From: an uncultured Chroococcidiopsis sp.
Lineage (GTDB): Bacteria; Cyanobacteriota; Cyanobacteriia; Cyanobacteriales; Chroococcidiopsidaceae
Assembly (NCBI GenBank): GCA_964248365.1
Contig: CAXTYC010000026.1
Span: 10,658 to 74,657 of the forward strand
Direction: 5' to 3'
Length of the DNA stretch: 64,000 nt
A model generated the notes under the pieces. The model made no database searches. It was given only the letters and a program-made list of their open reading frames with translations, and was not told the DNA's origin. Position numbers and translations under genes: made by a program. Shown here one piece after another: positions 22,396-33,666 of this stretch (position 1 is the stretch's first letter; each line of letters starts with the position of its first letter).

Positions 22396-22812
22396 GTGGC
22401 TTTATCAAAAGCAAATCGGCTCTCTAGTAGACATGATTTCCAAGCAGTATTCCGGGCAGGAATTCGTCGTAATGGTTCTCACTTGACACTGAGAGCTTTA
22501 CGCGCGATCGCACAACCAACCTGCCCAGATGTGCTGGAAACAACACAATTAGCATCAAACACACAGCTTCAGCCAACCAGAATTGGAATCTCTATTAGCA
22601 CGAAAGTCAGCAAAAAGGCAACCGTTCGCAACCGCATCAAGCGGCAGCTACAAACTGCTTTTCGCCTCCTTTTGCCCCGAATATCATCTGGATGGCTTAT
22701 AGTGATCGTGGTTCAACCGTCGGCAGGACAACAAGAGTGCGTAACCGAACAATTTCTGCAAGAATTAGAGCAGTTGTTGGTAGCAGCCGAGGTACTCAAT
22801 GGGAATTCGTGA
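22396..22812 (+). CDS. rnpA: Ribonuclease P protein component
   Basis: KKATVRNRIKR RNR motif; follows rpmH; GTG start assumed. Confidence 0.93.
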   Translation: MALSKANRLSSRHDFQAVFRAGIRRNGSHLTLRALRAIAQPTCPDVLETTQLASNTQLQPTRIGISISTKVSKKATVRNRIKRQLQTAFRLLLPRISSGWLIVIVVQPSAGQQECVTEQFLQELEQLLVAAEVLNGNS

Positions 22813-23188
22813 AGAAGTCTATTATGAAGGCGGTCCTCATGTTGGGGATTTGATTATTAATTTGCTCGTGGGGCTAACACTGATTGGCTTACCTTTGACA
22901 GTAGGGGCGATCGTACGGGCATTGTGGCTACGCTACCGCATTACCAATCGTCGGATATCTGTAACCGGAGGTTGGATGGGACGCGATCGCACCGATATCA
23001 TTTACGCAGAAGTTGTCAAAATCGTCAAAGTGCCACGCGGCATTGGCTTGTGGGGTGATATGGTACTAACCCTTAGAGATGGTAGTCGCTTAGAAATGCG
23101 AGCAGTGCCTAAGTTCCGCGAAATTTACGACTACATCAATGAGAAAGTGCTTGCCAAAAATCCCAAAGTAAATGCAGGTGTTAAGTAG
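22799..23188 (+). CDS. Bacterial PH-domain membrane protein
   Basis: YRITNRRISV motif; conserved between rnpA and yidC in cyanobacteria. Confidence 0.8.
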   Translation: MGIREEVYYEGGPHVGDLIINLLVGLTLIGLPLTVGAIVRALWLRYRITNRRISVTGGWMGRDRTDIIYAEVVKIVKVPRGIGLWGDMVLTLRDGSRLEMRAVPKFREIYDYINEKVLAKNPKVNAGVK

Positions 23189-23350
23189 CGATTAGCGATT
23201 AGCTTTTAGCCATTAGCAACACTCATTGACGCGCCTGGTTACAAAGACACTTCTTAGCTAGAAACTGTTGACCAGCCCCGCGCTCGCCAGCTCGCCAGCG
23301 CGCCAGCGCGCCAGCTCGCCAGCTAACGGCTAACAGCTAACAGCTAACAG
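23186..23350. repeat. Dispersed repeat with inverted heptamer arms (copy 1)
   Basis: TTAGCGA/TTAGCTT arm, core GACGCGCCTGGTTACAAAGA, GCTAACA arm; inverted copy at 57232-57380. Confidence 0.8.
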
Positions 23351-23404
23351 TATCGGATAGATTAGATTAAGAAAGTTTAAATATTTCAGGTTGACTTCAC
23401 ACTA

Positions 23405-24562
23405 ATGGACTTTGGTATTGGGTTTCTTTCCAACAACGTCATGCTGCCGATCCTGGATTTTTTCTACGGGATCGTGCCAAGTTATGGACTGGCGATCGTA
23501 GCATTGACTCTGGTGATCCGCTTCGCACTGTATCCTCTAAGTGCTGGCTCGATTCGTAATATGCGTCGCACACGGGTAACTCAGCCGTTGATGCAAAAAC
23601 GAGTCAAAGAAATTCAAGAGCGCTATAAAGACAACCCTGCTAAGATGCAGGAAGAAATGAGCGCTGTTTACAAAGATTTTGGCAACCCTCTAGCAGGGTG
23701 TATGCCCGTTCTGCTACAAATGCCCGTCCTATTTGCTTTGTTTGCTACCCTGCGTGGTTCACCGTTTTCAGATGTAAATTACACTGTCAATCTACAAATT
23801 CTTCCACAAGAGCAAATCGAGCGAGTTCAGCCGCAAGCATTTACCACTGCTCCCCAAAACATATACATTGCCGATGGGGTTCATGCTCGCGTCAGCGCCA
23901 TTTTACCTGGGGGTAATCGGTTAGCAGTAGGTGATAAAACTAAAATCGAATTTCAAACCCCAGAAGGAAAACCCTTCTCGACGCTAACAGCAGAACATCC
24001 TGAAACAAACCTTGCCACTAAATGGAAGGTGACTAAGGGTGAAGAGCGGCTCAAACTAGATGAAAACGGCAATATAGAAGCTATCCAACCAGGAGATGCA
24101 ACAGTTCAGGCAATAATTCCCGGACTAGCATCTGATAAAGGCTTTCTATTTATTGATGCTTTAGGTCGGGTAGGAGCGTTTGATGAGGATGGCACAATCC
24201 ATTGGGACATTGTAGCAATGGTGATTGGCTTTGGTTTGAGCCTTTACCTGAGCCAAGTAATTTCCGGTCAAGGTTCGGTAGCTAGCAACCCCCAACAAGA
24301 TACGGTGAACAAAATCACCCCGATTATTTTCTCTGGGATGTTTTTGTTCTTCCCCCTACCAGCTGGGGTGCTGATGTATATGCTAATTGGTAACATCTTT
24401 CAAACACTCCAAAGCTACGTTGTCTCTCGTGAACCACTGCCAGAAAATCTGCAAAAGATTTTAGAGGCAGAGGAAAAAAAGACCAGCGATAGTAAAGGAC
24501 GCGAGACACTACCCTTTGAACCAGGACGTAATAAGAAAAAAGCTTCCGAGGGTAAAACATGA
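23405..24562 (+). CDS. yidC: Membrane protein insertase YidC
   Basis: [34 protein letters not shown]. Confidence 0.96.
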   Translation: MDFGIGFLSNNVMLPILDFFYGIVPSYGLAIVALTLVIRFALYPLSAGSIRNMRRTRVTQPLMQKRVKEIQERYKDNPAKMQEEMSAVYKDFGNPLAGCMPVLLQMPVLFALFATLRGSPFSDVNYTVNLQILPQEQIERVQPQAFTTAPQNIYIADGVHARVSAILPGGNRLAVGDKTKIEFQTPEGKPFSTLTAEHPETNLATKWKVTKGEERLKLDENGNIEAIQPGDATVQAIIPGLASDKGFLFIDALGRVGAFDEDGTIHWDIVAMVIGFGLSLYLSQVISGQGSVASNPQQDTVNKITPIIFSGMFLFFPLPAGVLMYMLIGNIFQTLQSYVVSREPLPENLQKILEAEEKKTSDSKGRETLPFEPGRNKKKASEGKT

Positions 24563-25074
24563 GTGATAGTCGAATGCAGCGCGGGATTGAGTGGCTGGAA
24601 AGACTATTGCCACTGATGGGAGTATCGACTGACGTTCAAGCTCAGATGGGGGCAGCTGGCGATCCTAGCGATCGCTCAGAACCTGAGAGCTACTGGTTGA
24701 CAATTAATGAAAATAACCTGCAACCAGAGCAAATTCAGATTTTGATTGGTGCTGACGGGAGCGTCTTAGATGCAATTCAGTATCTAGCTAATGCTACCTT
24801 GAACGTGAACCAACCCCCAGATCAGCAAGCGGCTTACACAATTGAGCTAGATGGATATCGCATCCGTCGGCAAGCTGAAATCGAAGCGATCGCAACAGCT
24901 ACCATTGAGAAAGTACGCGCCACTGGTCAAGAAGTGGAAATCAAATCTCTCTCTTCAGCAGAGCGACGGCAAATCCACACATTCTTGAAAGATTATCCAG
25001 ATTTGGAAACCTTCAGTCGGGGTAAAGAGCCACATCGTCATCTAGTCATCCGCCAAATGACGGCACAAAGCTAA
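24559..25074 (+). CDS. jag: Jag/KhpB family R3H RNA-binding protein
   Basis: ERRQIH R3H motif, [11 protein letters not shown]; follows yidC. Confidence 0.88.
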   Translation: MSDSRMQRGIEWLERLLPLMGVSTDVQAQMGAAGDPSDRSEPESYWLTINENNLQPEQIQILIGADGSVLDAIQYLANATLNVNQPPDQQAAYTIELDGYRIRRQAEIEAIATATIEKVRATGQEVEIKSLSSAERRQIHTFLKDYPDLETFSRGKEPHRHLVIRQMTAQS

Positions 25075-25160
25075 AATCTAAATAGTTACACTGGAAATGT
25101 AGCATTAGCAGCAACGCGATCGCTACGCCAAATCGTTCCTTGACATGGACTCCCACTCCT

Positions 25161-25667
25161 ATGGAGGCAATTTACATTCCCCAACTGCTCAAAGCGCGGG
25201 AGCAGACAGAGGTAATTCAAGTTGACGAGTTTCTGCCTGATCTGGAAACACTAACCCCAGTTCGTGGACGCATTCGCGTTCAACATCACGGGAATTACCT
25301 AGAAGTTTCTGCCCAGGCAGAAACGATTATTACTCTAAACTGCCACCGCTGCTTGCAACAGTACAACCATCGCTTGAGTGTAGACACGTTGGAAATCATC
25401 TGGTTAGACCCAGCAGCAGACCAACCATATGAAGGACCATTAGAGCGAGAATTGGCTGTAGAAGACTTAGTAGAAGCCCTACCGCCCCAAGGCTATTTTG
25501 ATCCAGGCGAGTGGCTTTACCAGCAATTATGCTTGGAAATTCCCCAGCGGCAGCTGTGTGATGCTTTGTGTGCAGGTATCCAAAGCGCAACATCAGATTC
25601 AAATCAATCAGTCGATCACCGCTGGGCATCTCTACTAGAAGCTTTGAAAAAACAACTCCCTAATTAG
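25161..25667 (+). CDS. YceD/DUF177 family protein
   Basis: CHRCL, LCDALCAG, D.RWASL motifs. Confidence 0.85.
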   Translation: MEAIYIPQLLKAREQTEVIQVDEFLPDLETLTPVRGRIRVQHHGNYLEVSAQAETIITLNCHRCLQQYNHRLSVDTLEIIWLDPAADQPYEGPLERELAVEDLVEALPPQGYFDPGEWLYQQLCLEIPQRQLCDALCAGIQSATSDSNQSVDHRWASLLEALKKQLPN

Positions 25668-25875
25668 TGGCTAGTGGCTGGTGGCTAGTGGCTAGGGGGA
25701 AGAAAGCACAGATAATCTAGTTAAGGAAAAAGTAATGAAAAGACACAATTACGAGAACTAATTACAACATCACCTAAACTAAGCATAAGAGAGCTTCTAC
25801 TCCCTAATTCCTATTCCCTAGCCCCCTAGTCTCTCTCTTTCTCTAGCCACTAGCCACTAGCCACCAGCCACTGAT

Positions 25876-27390
25876 ATGAGCTTCCGTGAAGAGTTTGCAT
25901 TATTGCTACGCGCCCGCTATCCCCTAATTTATATTCCCACCAATGAGGAGGAGCGAGCAGAAGCAGCAATTCGGCAAGAAGCTCAACTTCAAGGCAATCG
26001 CACTGTATATACCTGGGATTTTGTTGATGGCTACCAAGGAAACCCAAATGATGCTGGATTTGGTCGCCGCAATCCATTACAAGCTTTGGAATTTGTAGAA
26101 AAAGTTGCAGCATCTGCCCCAACAGTTTTTATTTTGCGGGACTTCCACCGCTTCTTAGAGGATGTTTCTGTTTCTCGTAAACTTCGTAATCTAGCACGGT
26201 TACTTAAGTCCCAGCCGAAAAATATAGTTTTACTGTCGCCTCGAATTGTCACTACGGAAGACTTGGGTGAAGTTTTAACAATTTTAGAGTTTCCTTTACC
26301 AGCAGCGGCTGAGATTAAAGCCGAAATAGAACGCTTGAACGCAGCTACAGGACAATCACTAGCTCAAAAAGTATTAGATGAACTAGTGCGTTCCTGTCAA
26401 GGGCTTTCGATTGAGAGGATTCGGCGGGTGTTAGCTAGGGCGATCGCAAGTCATGGTGAATTACAACCAGAAGACGTAGAACTGGTTTTAGAAGAAAAGC
26501 GCCAAACAATTCGCCAAACCCAAATTCTCGATTTTTACCCTGCAACAGAAAAAATATCAGATATTGGCGGTTTGGATAACCTCAAAGACTGGTTGCTACG
26601 CCGAGGTGGGGCATTTAGTGAACGCGCCAGGGCATATGGTTTACCCCATCCGCGTGGGCTGCTGTTGGTGGGAATTCAGGGAACAGGTAAATCTCTGAGT
26701 GCAAAGGCGATCGCTCATCACTGGCATTTACCTCTACTACGCTTAGATGTCGGGCGGTTATTTGGCGGTTTGGTGGGTGAATCTGAATCTCGTACCAGGC
26801 AAATGATTCAGGTTGCTGAAGCCCTAGCCCCGTGTATCCTGTGGATTGATGAGATCGATAAAGCTTTTGCTGGACTTGGCGGTAAAGGCGATGCTGGTAC
26901 TACTAGCCGCGTCTTTGGTACTTTCATTACCTGGTTAGGCGAAAAAACCTCGCCTGTATTTGTAGTTGCTACGGCTAATGATATTCAAGCTCTGCCACCA
27001 GAAATGCTGCGTAAAGGCAGATTTGACGAAATCTTTTTTGTCGGGTTGCCCAGCCAGGAAGAACGAAAAGCGATTTTTACAGTCCATTTATCTCGGCTGC
27101 GCCCTCATAATTTGAAAAATTACGATATTGAGCGCTTGGCTTACGAAACTCCTGATTTTTCTGGGGCAGAAATTGAGCAGACTATCATCGAAGCTATGCA
27201 TATTGGCTTTAGCCAAAACCGAGACTTTACTACAGATGACGTTTTAGAAGCTGCTAGCCAAATTATTCCCTTGGCAAGAACTGCCCAAGAACAAATTCAG
27301 TTTCTCCAAGACTGGGCTGCTGCTGGTAAAGCGCGTATGGCATCGAAACAGGGTGGTTTGAGTAGCCGTATTCAACGCCAATTCCAATGA
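25876..27390 (+). CDS. ycf46: Ycf46-like AAA ATPase
   Basis: GIQGTGKS Walker A, WIDEIDK Walker [13 protein letters not shown]. Confidence 0.88.
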   Translation: MSFREEFALLLRARYPLIYIPTNEEERAEAAIRQEAQLQGNRTVYTWDFVDGYQGNPNDAGFGRRNPLQALEFVEKVAASAPTVFILRDFHRFLEDVSVSRKLRNLARLLKSQPKNIVLLSPRIVTTEDLGEVLTILEFPLPAAAEIKAEIERLNAATGQSLAQKVLDELVRSCQGLSIERIRRVLARAIASHGELQPEDVELVLEEKRQTIRQTQILDFYPATEKISDIGGLDNLKDWLLRRGGAFSERARAYGLPHPRGLLLVGIQGTGKSLSAKAIAHHWHLPLLRLDVGRLFGGLVGESESRTRQMIQVAEALAPCILWIDEIDKAFAGLGGKGDAGTTSRVFGTFITWLGEKTSPVFVVATANDIQALPPEMLRKGRFDEIFFVGLPSQEERKAIFTVHLSRLRPHNLKNYDIERLAYETPDFSGAEIEQTIIEAMHIGFSQNRDFTTDDVLEAASQIIPLARTAQEQIQFLQDWAAAGKARMASKQGGLSSRIQRQFQ

Positions 27391-27505
27391 ATTATTTGCG
27401 AGTAAGCTGGGGTGAAAAGTGCAAATATCTGCTAAGCTTGGACGATGATTCTGGCGATCTACATTATTCAATCTTGAAATCTTTAATCCAAAATCTAAAA
27501 TCGAT

Positions 27506-27973
27506 ATGACTTTGGCTGGTGTAGCAAAGTTTGTCATTGGGGTGAGCTTAGCGATCGCGCTTATGATTGGCGGTAGCGTCTTGGTTGGTTTGTACTTTAT
27601 GTACAAAGTCACGTCACACCCCCCTAAACCTGTATTTTCTAATGAAAAAGTAAATGAGAAAGTGGCGGCGAAAGCAAAAAATCCGCCACAGGTGACAACT
27701 AAACCATTACCAAGTGCAACTCCAAAACCAAGTGAAACCCTTCCTGCCCAGCCTTTAGCACCAGGAACCTACAAAGCTCGTGTCAATTGGTCACAAGGCT
27801 TGAGCCTACGAGCAGAACCGAGTGCAGATGCCCAGCGTATTGGGGGACTTGACAACAATCAACAAGTTGTGGTATTGGAGGAAAGTGCTGATAAAAATTG
27901 GCAGAAAGTTCGTTTAGCAGATGGCGAACAAGAAGGTTGGATTAAAGCAGGTAATCTAGAGCGACAGCAATAA
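27506..27973 (+). CDS. SH3 domain-containing membrane-anchored protein
   Basis: N-terminal TM, Pro-rich linker, LSLRAEP...WQKVR...EGWIK SH3b pattern. Confidence 0.8.
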   Translation: MTLAGVAKFVIGVSLAIALMIGGSVLVGLYFMYKVTSHPPKPVFSNEKVNEKVAAKAKNPPQVTTKPLPSATPKPSETLPAQPLAPGTYKARVNWSQGLSLRAEPSADAQRIGGLDNNQQVVVLEESADKNWQKVRLADGEQEGWIKAGNLERQQ

Positions 27974-28135
27974 TTTATTAGCTTTTAGCTATTAGCGATT
28001 AGCTTTTAGCGAGGTAGCAACTGATAGACTAATGAATATCAAAGACCACCATCTGCAAGGGAACTATGGATCAGCGCTTTGCTATCAGCATGCCAGCTAA
28101 CCGCTAATAGCTAACCGCGCGCCAGCTAATTGTCT

Positions 28136-28591
28136 TTATAGTGGTAATAATGCTCGTTGGCAAGTAGGACAAACGGCATGAATTGTCAGCTGACAATCGA
28201 GCAAATGATAGCCTTCTTTTTCTGCTGTTTTTGTCCCAATTTTTAAAATTGAATCGTTTTTAAATTCAATTGTTTTATTACAACGCACACAAATTAAATG
28301 ATGATGGTGATGGGGGTAGGGTTGATTAATTTCGTAATGTTTATGTCCTTCTCCTAATTCTAGTTCCCGCAGAATTCCCATCCGCGCCATTAACTTCAAA
28401 GTTCTGTAAATAGTAGACAGGCTGATTCCTGCTCCCTGGGTTTCTAGCTGATGATAGAGTTCTTCAGCACTAAGATGCTTTCCGGTGGGAAGTTCTTGAA
28501 AAACCTGTAAGATAATTTCTCTTTGGGGAGTTAAACGCCAACCTCGATCATTGAGTTCCGCCTTAAGTGAGCTAGCAGAATAGACAGTCAT
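28136..28591 (-). CDS. furA: Ferric uptake regulator FurA
   Basis: GWRLTPQRE, STIYRTL, HHHHHLICVRC, CPTC. Confidence 0.93.
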   Translation of the reverse strand: MTVYSASSLKAELNDRGWRLTPQREIILQVFQELPTGKHLSAEELYHQLETQGAGISLSTIYRTLKLMARMGILRELELGEGHKHYEINQPYPHHHHHLICVRCNKTIEFKNDSILKIGTKTAEKEGYHLLDCQLTIHAVCPTCQRALLPL

Positions 28592-28968
28592 AACTACCTT
28601 GTCAAGCAAGCTGCATTATTGATAAGTATAATCAATTATTGCTGTGATTGTCAACAAGCTAGGTTTATTGAGAATATTTTCCAACAGTAAGCAGCAAGAC
28701 CTGCTAGTAAGAGCAGATTATTTGACTAGAGAAAAAGTAAGGATGTAGCTTGCGGAAGCGTTGGGGTAGGCGGAAGGCAAAAAGGATGAAGGATGAAGGA
28801 TGGAAGGGGAAAGGGGAACTTGGGGTCACTCGCGTAGTGGGGATTAGGGGCAAGGGGAAAGAATTAAATATTCACTCCTCCACAACGTGGGTCGATCTTC
28901 GTGGGTCTCCTACACACTTCATACTTCACACTTCAGACTACATCCTTCATACTTCACACTTAATTTGA

Positions 28969-30234
28969 CTAACTTAAAGACTCTAAGTAGTCCCGTACTC
29001 GGTTGCGACGCTTCGGTTGGCGTAACTTTTGCAGCGCTTTGGATTCAATTTGCCGCACCCGTTCCCGCGAAAGATCCAAAGCCCGCCCAATTTCTGCTAG
29101 AGAATAGGAGTGTCCATCTCCCAAACCAAATCGCATTAGAATTACATCACGCTCCCTGTCAGTTAAATCTGCCAACAGGTGCTGCAAATCTTTATGCAGA
29201 GCTTCGCGCATTAAAACTTCTTCAGGGGAAATACTGTCATTTTCGAGTAATTCTCCTAACTCAGTGTCTTTTTCCTTACCTACTTTTGTTTCTAAGGAGA
29301 CAGAGCGAGGGACTCTTAAGAGGACTTCCCGAACTTGGGGAGGAGTCATTTCTAGCTCAAGGGCAATATCTTCAATCGTGGGTGTGCGACCTTTTTCTTG
29401 AGCTAGTTTGCGCTGAGCTTTCTTGATTTTGTTAAGTTTTTCCGTAATATGGACAGGTAGGCGGATTGTGCGGCTTTGGGTAGCGATCGCCCTGGTAATG
29501 CCTTGACGAATCCACCAGTAGGCGTAGGTGCTGAAACGATAACCCTTGGTCGGATCAAACTTTTCTACTGCCCGTTCCAAGCCCAAAGTTCCCTCTTGGA
29601 CTAGATCCAAAAGTTCCAAACCGCGATTTTGATACTTTTTCGCAACTGACACAACTAGACGAAGATTTGCCTTGATCATGTGTTCTTTTGCCCGAATGCC
29701 TTCGCTCTGAGCTTGCTCAAGCTCCTCCACAGTCAATCCGGCAATTTCAGCCCAGCGTCTTTTTCCCTTTGATAAAGCAGGTCTAAGTTCCGACACAGTT
29801 ATACCAGCAGTAGCCGCCCACCGTTCTAAAGAAGGGCGGTGTCCGAGTGCCGAGGTTAGACGCTCTTGGGCTTCGATTAAGCTGATATAAGTCGTGATTA
29901 CTTGGTCATCCTTCAAAGACTTGTCCAAACACAGCGATCGCATCCGCAAATAACGCTGGACTTTTTGGGCTTCGGAAACCTCTTCATCCCGCTCTAATAG
30001 GTGAACTCGACCAATTTCTTGCAGATACAGACGGACTAAATCTGTAGTGCGACGAGTAACACCAGGCTGTAGGCTGGCATTCTCGTTAGAGTCAATCTCC
30101 AGAGCAAGCAGGTCATCCATTGATAACTCAGCCTCATCGGCTGCGTAATCTGACTCAAAGCGCTGGGGCGACAATTGATTTTCGTAGGCTGTATCCGCGT
30201 AAAAAGAAAGTGCTTGCATAACGGTTCGTCTCAA
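28969..30234 (-). CDS. sigC: Group 2 RNA polymerase sigma factor SigC
   Basis: DLVRLYLQEIG, ANLRLVVSVAKKY, RFSTYAYWWIRQ; sigC-furA adjacency; start may be ATG 30219. Confidence 0.85.
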   Translation of the reverse strand: MRRTVMQALSFYADTAYENQLSPQRFESDYAADEAELSMDDLLALEIDSNENASLQPGVTRRTTDLVRLYLQEIGRVHLLERDEEVSEAQKVQRYLRMRSLCLDKSLKDDQVITTYISLIEAQERLTSALGHRPSLERWAATAGITVSELRPALSKGKRRWAEIAGLTVEELEQAQSEGIRAKEHMIKANLRLVVSVAKKYQNRGLELLDLVQEGTLGLERAVEKFDPTKGYRFSTYAYWWIRQGITRAIATQSRTIRLPVHITEKLNKIKKAQRKLAQEKGRTPTIEDIALELEMTPPQVREVLLRVPRSVSLETKVGKEKDTELGELLENDSISPEEVLMREALHKDLQHLLADLTDRERDVILMRFGLGDGHSYSLAEIGRALDLSRERVRQIESKALQKLRQPKRRNRVRDYLESLS

Positions 30235-30746
30235 TTGCTCCAGGTGACAAAGACTTCACTGGCGTTGCTTCTTGTTGCTTGTTGTTATTATTCCCAGTCA
30301 TTCCAGCCAACTAACAGCTCGCTGCTTAATCCTCTGCTAATTTTGGTACTGGTGTACGTGTTTTCCCTGATTCTTGCACCCTTTTGTAGTTTTTCCAACA
30401 CGTATTTAATAGAATTTACTTAGATATAGAGCTTGATTTCTCGCTCTAACAGGGTTGTTAGTTAACCAAACTCTTTTAATTTCAATAGTTTTTGTAGATT
30501 AAGCGCATTTGATAGAAATGTTTATTGTTACAGCTAAGTTAATCTACATTGCTGCTTAAATCATTTCCGGAGAAGATTGAGTTAGGAGCTAGGGGCTAGG
30601 GGCAAGAGGCAAGTTGCTAGGGGGCAAGAGGCTAGGGGGCAAGGGAGCAAGGGAGCTTTCTGGGGCTTTCTGGGAAGTTCTTTCAATCCAAAATCCTCTA
30701 GCTATAGCGCCTAAGCGCCTCTAGCCTTGCGAATTACGAATTACCT

Positions 30747-31727
30747 TTACTGGTTGTATTCGGGCTTGGGGTCGCGGAGCATTAGAGCCTCAAGTGCCTG
30801 TCCGGGGGTAATTTCGCGTTGCAGTAAGCGATAAACTTCAACTGTTATTGGTATATAAATTTCTTGCTGCTTGGCGCGTTGGATTAAAACTTGAGTAGTG
30901 TTAACTCCCTCGGCGGTTCCTTCTAACTGAGCGAGAATTTCTGGTAAGGTTTTGCCTTGAGCTAGCTGATAACCAACTTGATAATTACGACTCAAAGGAC
31001 TGTTGCAGGTTGCTAGCAAATCACCTAAGCCAGATAAACCATAAAATGTTTCTGTCAAGGCTCCCCAACTGTTACCGATCCGAATTATTTCTGTCAAACC
31101 ACGAGTTAACAAAGCGGCTTTAGCATTGGTTCCAAGTTGTAAACCATCACAAACACCAGCTGCGATCGCCATTACATTCTTCAACGTCCCGCCTAACTCT
31201 ACTCCCAAGGGGTCAGAATTGGTATAAACCCGAAATGTGTTGGAAGAGAAGACGGCTTGCACCGCCACAGCTGCCGTATGATCGTTGCTACCAACAACTG
31301 TTGCTGCTGGGTTCCCCTGTTGAATTTCTTTAGATAAATTAGGACCACACAGCACAACAAGGGGATGGGTAGGAAATGCGGCTTGCCAAATCTGAGATGG
31401 TGTTAAAGTAGTGGCGGGATCTAAGCCTTTGGTAGCTGTGACGAAAATTGTATTTGGTGAGACAGGTAAAGACTGAATTTTTGTTACTACTTCTGTTACA
31501 CCTTTCATCGAAACGGCAGATAAAACTATGTCAGCGCCTTGTATCATCGTCGCCAAATTACCATAGCGACGCGACCACAAACGCACGTCATGACCCCGCG
31601 CCGCCGCAAGCGTTGCTAAAGTGCTACCCCAAGCACCAGCACCCAAAATTGTTATACCTCGTTTTGAGTTTGTAGAAACGGGGTTTGAGGTAGGGGCGGG
31701 TTTTTTAAAGATTTTCTGTTTTGCCAT
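30747..31727 (-). CDS. gpsA: NAD(P)H-dependent glycerol-3-phosphate dehydrogenase
   Basis: GAGAWG, GGTLKNV, GLGDLLATC, SRNY. Confidence 0.95.
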   Translation of the reverse strand: MAKQKIFKKPAPTSNPVSTNSKRGITILGAGAWGSTLATLAAARGHDVRLWSRRYGNLATMIQGADIVLSAVSMKGVTEVVTKIQSLPVSPNTIFVTATKGLDPATTLTPSQIWQAAFPTHPLVVLCGPNLSKEIQQGNPAATVVGSNDHTAAVAVQAVFSSNTFRVYTNSDPLGVELGGTLKNVMAIAAGVCDGLQLGTNAKAALLTRGLTEIIRIGNSWGALTETFYGLSGLGDLLATCNSPLSRNYQVGYQLAQGKTLPEILAQLEGTAEGVNTTQVLIQRAKQQEIYIPITVEVYRLLQREITPGQALEALMLRDPKPEYNQ

Positions 31728-31754
31728 AAATATGTCTTTTCAACCCGCCCCTAC

Positions 31755-32642
31755 TCATAATTGATCGCCCTTGGTGCGGGGGTAAGTTTGCATTAATTCC
31801 CGCACTTGTTCAGCATGATAGGAACTGCGAGTTAGGGGTGAGGATACTACCTGGAGAAAGCCTAAAGATTCGCCCTCCTGCTTCCAAGCATCAAATTGCG
31901 TTGGTGGAATAAAGCTATCTACTTTTAAGTGTTTTTGACTCGGTTGGAGGTATTGTCCTAGAGTGAGAATATCGCAATCCACAGCGCGCAGATCTTGCAT
32001 CGCTTGCCGAATTTCGCTGTCGGTTTCTCCCAGTCCTACCATCAAGCCTGATTTAGTGTAAACCTGGGGAGCGAAAATGCGCGATCGCTTCAACAACTCC
32101 AATGTCCGCTCATAGTTGCCTTGGGGACGCACTCGTCGATACAGACGAGGAACTGTTTCTGTATTATGGTTGAGTACATCTGGCTGTGCCTGTAGAATCA
32201 ACTCTAAAGCATTCCAGTTACCGCACAAGTCGGGAATTAGTACCTCAATGGTTGTGTTGGGTGAAATAGTGCGAATAGCTTGAATACAACGGACAAACTG
32301 CAAAGCACCCCCATCTGGTAAGTCATCGCGGTTGACAGAGGTGATGACTACATGATTAAGTCTCATCCGTCGTATTGCTTGTGCCAGTCTTTCAGGTTCG
32401 GTTGGATCTAGGGGTTTAGGCTTTTTCTCAAAGTCAATGTCGCAGTAGGGACAGGCACGAGTACAAGCTGGTCCCATAATTAAAAATGTAGCTGTACCCG
32501 CGTTGAAGCACTCGCCAATATTTGGACAAGAAGCTTCTTCACAAACGGTATTGAGGGCTAAATCCCGTAAAATTTCTTTAACGTTGCCGACACGCTCCCA
32601 CTGAGGCGCTTTCACCCTTAACCAGTCTGGCTTAACAGTCAC
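31755..32642 (-). CDS. lipA: Lipoyl synthase
   Basis: [26 protein letters not shown]. Confidence 0.97.
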   Translation of the reverse strand: MTVKPDWLRVKAPQWERVGNVKEILRDLALNTVCEEASCPNIGECFNAGTATFLIMGPACTRACPYCDIDFEKKPKPLDPTEPERLAQAIRRMRLNHVVITSVNRDDLPDGGALQFVRCIQAIRTISPNTTIEVLIPDLCGNWNALELILQAQPDVLNHNTETVPRLYRRVRPQGNYERTLELLKRSRIFAPQVYTKSGLMVGLGETDSEIRQAMQDLRAVDCDILTLGQYLQPSQKHLKVDSFIPPTQFDAWKQEGESLGFLQVVSSPLTRSSYHAEQVRELMQTYPRTKGDQL

Positions 32643-32763
32643 AATTGCTCTAATTACTCAAGTTGATTCAGTGTTATCTTAACAGGCTATGTAATTGCTA
32701 GGGGACGATTTTGTAATTTGTGTCCTAACATGATATCTTGGATCTGATTGCTCAATGCGGTAA

Positions 32764-32837
32764 CGGGATGTAGCGCAGCTTGGTAGCGCACTTCGTTCGG
32801 GACGAAGGGGCCGCTGGTTCGAATCCAGTCATCCCGA
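32764..32837 (+). tRNA. tRNA-Pro (anticodon CGG)
   Basis: CGGGATG...CATCCCG acceptor stem, anticodon arm CTTCG-TTCGGGA-CGAAG, GGTTCGAATCC T-loop; no encoded CCA. Confidence 0.97.
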
Positions 32838-32848
32838 TTGGTCTAAAA

Positions 32849-32907
32849 TGTCGATTATCAAATTATTTGTCTGCGATGACATATTGTTGTCCACAATTCA
32901 ATTGTCA
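32849..32907 (+). repeat. CAST left end: terminal TGT plus three TnsB-site-like repeats
   Basis: TGTCGAT-TATCAAATTATTTGTCT-GCGA-TGACATATTGTTGTCC-ACAATTCAATTGTCA, similar to V-K ends as recalled (TGTACAG-TGACAAATTATCTGTC...). Confidence 0.75.
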
Positions 32908-33007
32908 ATTATCAGCGTTTATTGTTCATTGATAATTGATAATTGTTCATTGATCGTTGATATGATAACTCCACCTTATTTATTTTGTAATTACTAAATC
33001 GGGGCAA

Positions 33008-33038
33008 TCCCGAAACATTGTGCGCCTTTCAACCCACC
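33008..33038 (-). CRISPR. Delocalised type V-K partial repeat plus tRNA-homing spacer (not an array)
   Basis: Minus strand GGTGGGTTGAAAG (3' end of V-K repeats) followed by GCGCACAATGTTTCGGGA, similar to tRNA-Pro 32786-32802 GCGCACTTCGTTCGGGA. Confidence 0.8.
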
Positions 33039-33057
33039 TTTTTCTTCAAAAGCTTTT

Positions 33058-33465
33058 GCTTTTGGGGGCGGAGTGTTTATTACTCTCGATCTGGAAGGGT
33101 TGAGGAGCGCAGTGATAGAATATTACCTTGGGGTAGAGTTGAGCGACGAGGAGCAGCGCTTGCTGTAAAGCAGCTTCATGCGAAGGAATCACAGGCGTGC
33201 ACTTCTTCGTGCGGTATCCCGACGCTTTATGTTGCAGTGGAATGGAGGATCGCTTTCGCTTGAACTTGTAGAGTTTGATCTGGACAGGGCGATCGCATCT
33301 CTAGAACAAGGTCAGCCTGTGATTCTGTGTATGGCTAGATCGGATTCATCAACGGATAGCAAGCAGATTTGTTGGGGTAGAGCGATCGCGCCACTACATT
33401 ACGTTTCCCGCCTTGCTAAGACAAAATCCTTCTTTCTTTGCATCTTTAAATCTAGGAGCAGATGA
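33058..33465 (+). pseudogene. Unidentified gene fragment with in-frame stop
   Basis: Frame of ORF 33178..33465 extends upstream through one TAA: ...VFITLDLEGLRSAVIEYYLGVELSDEEQRLL*SSFMRRNHRR... Confidence 0.4.
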
Positions 33466-33666
33466 GTGATTTGTATTTCTAATACTGCGGTAGCAGTTTC
33501 TCTAGCTTACCGACAGGAGAGCTATAACACAATCACGAGTTTTTTTGGAGATAAGGAATATGTTCAAGCGCAAGTTGAAGCATAAAAACGCACAACAGGG
33601 AATAAAACCTTTAATGTCTTCATTAGACCTACAATTGCATTGATTGAAAAGCCTGGTTGTTTTTTA

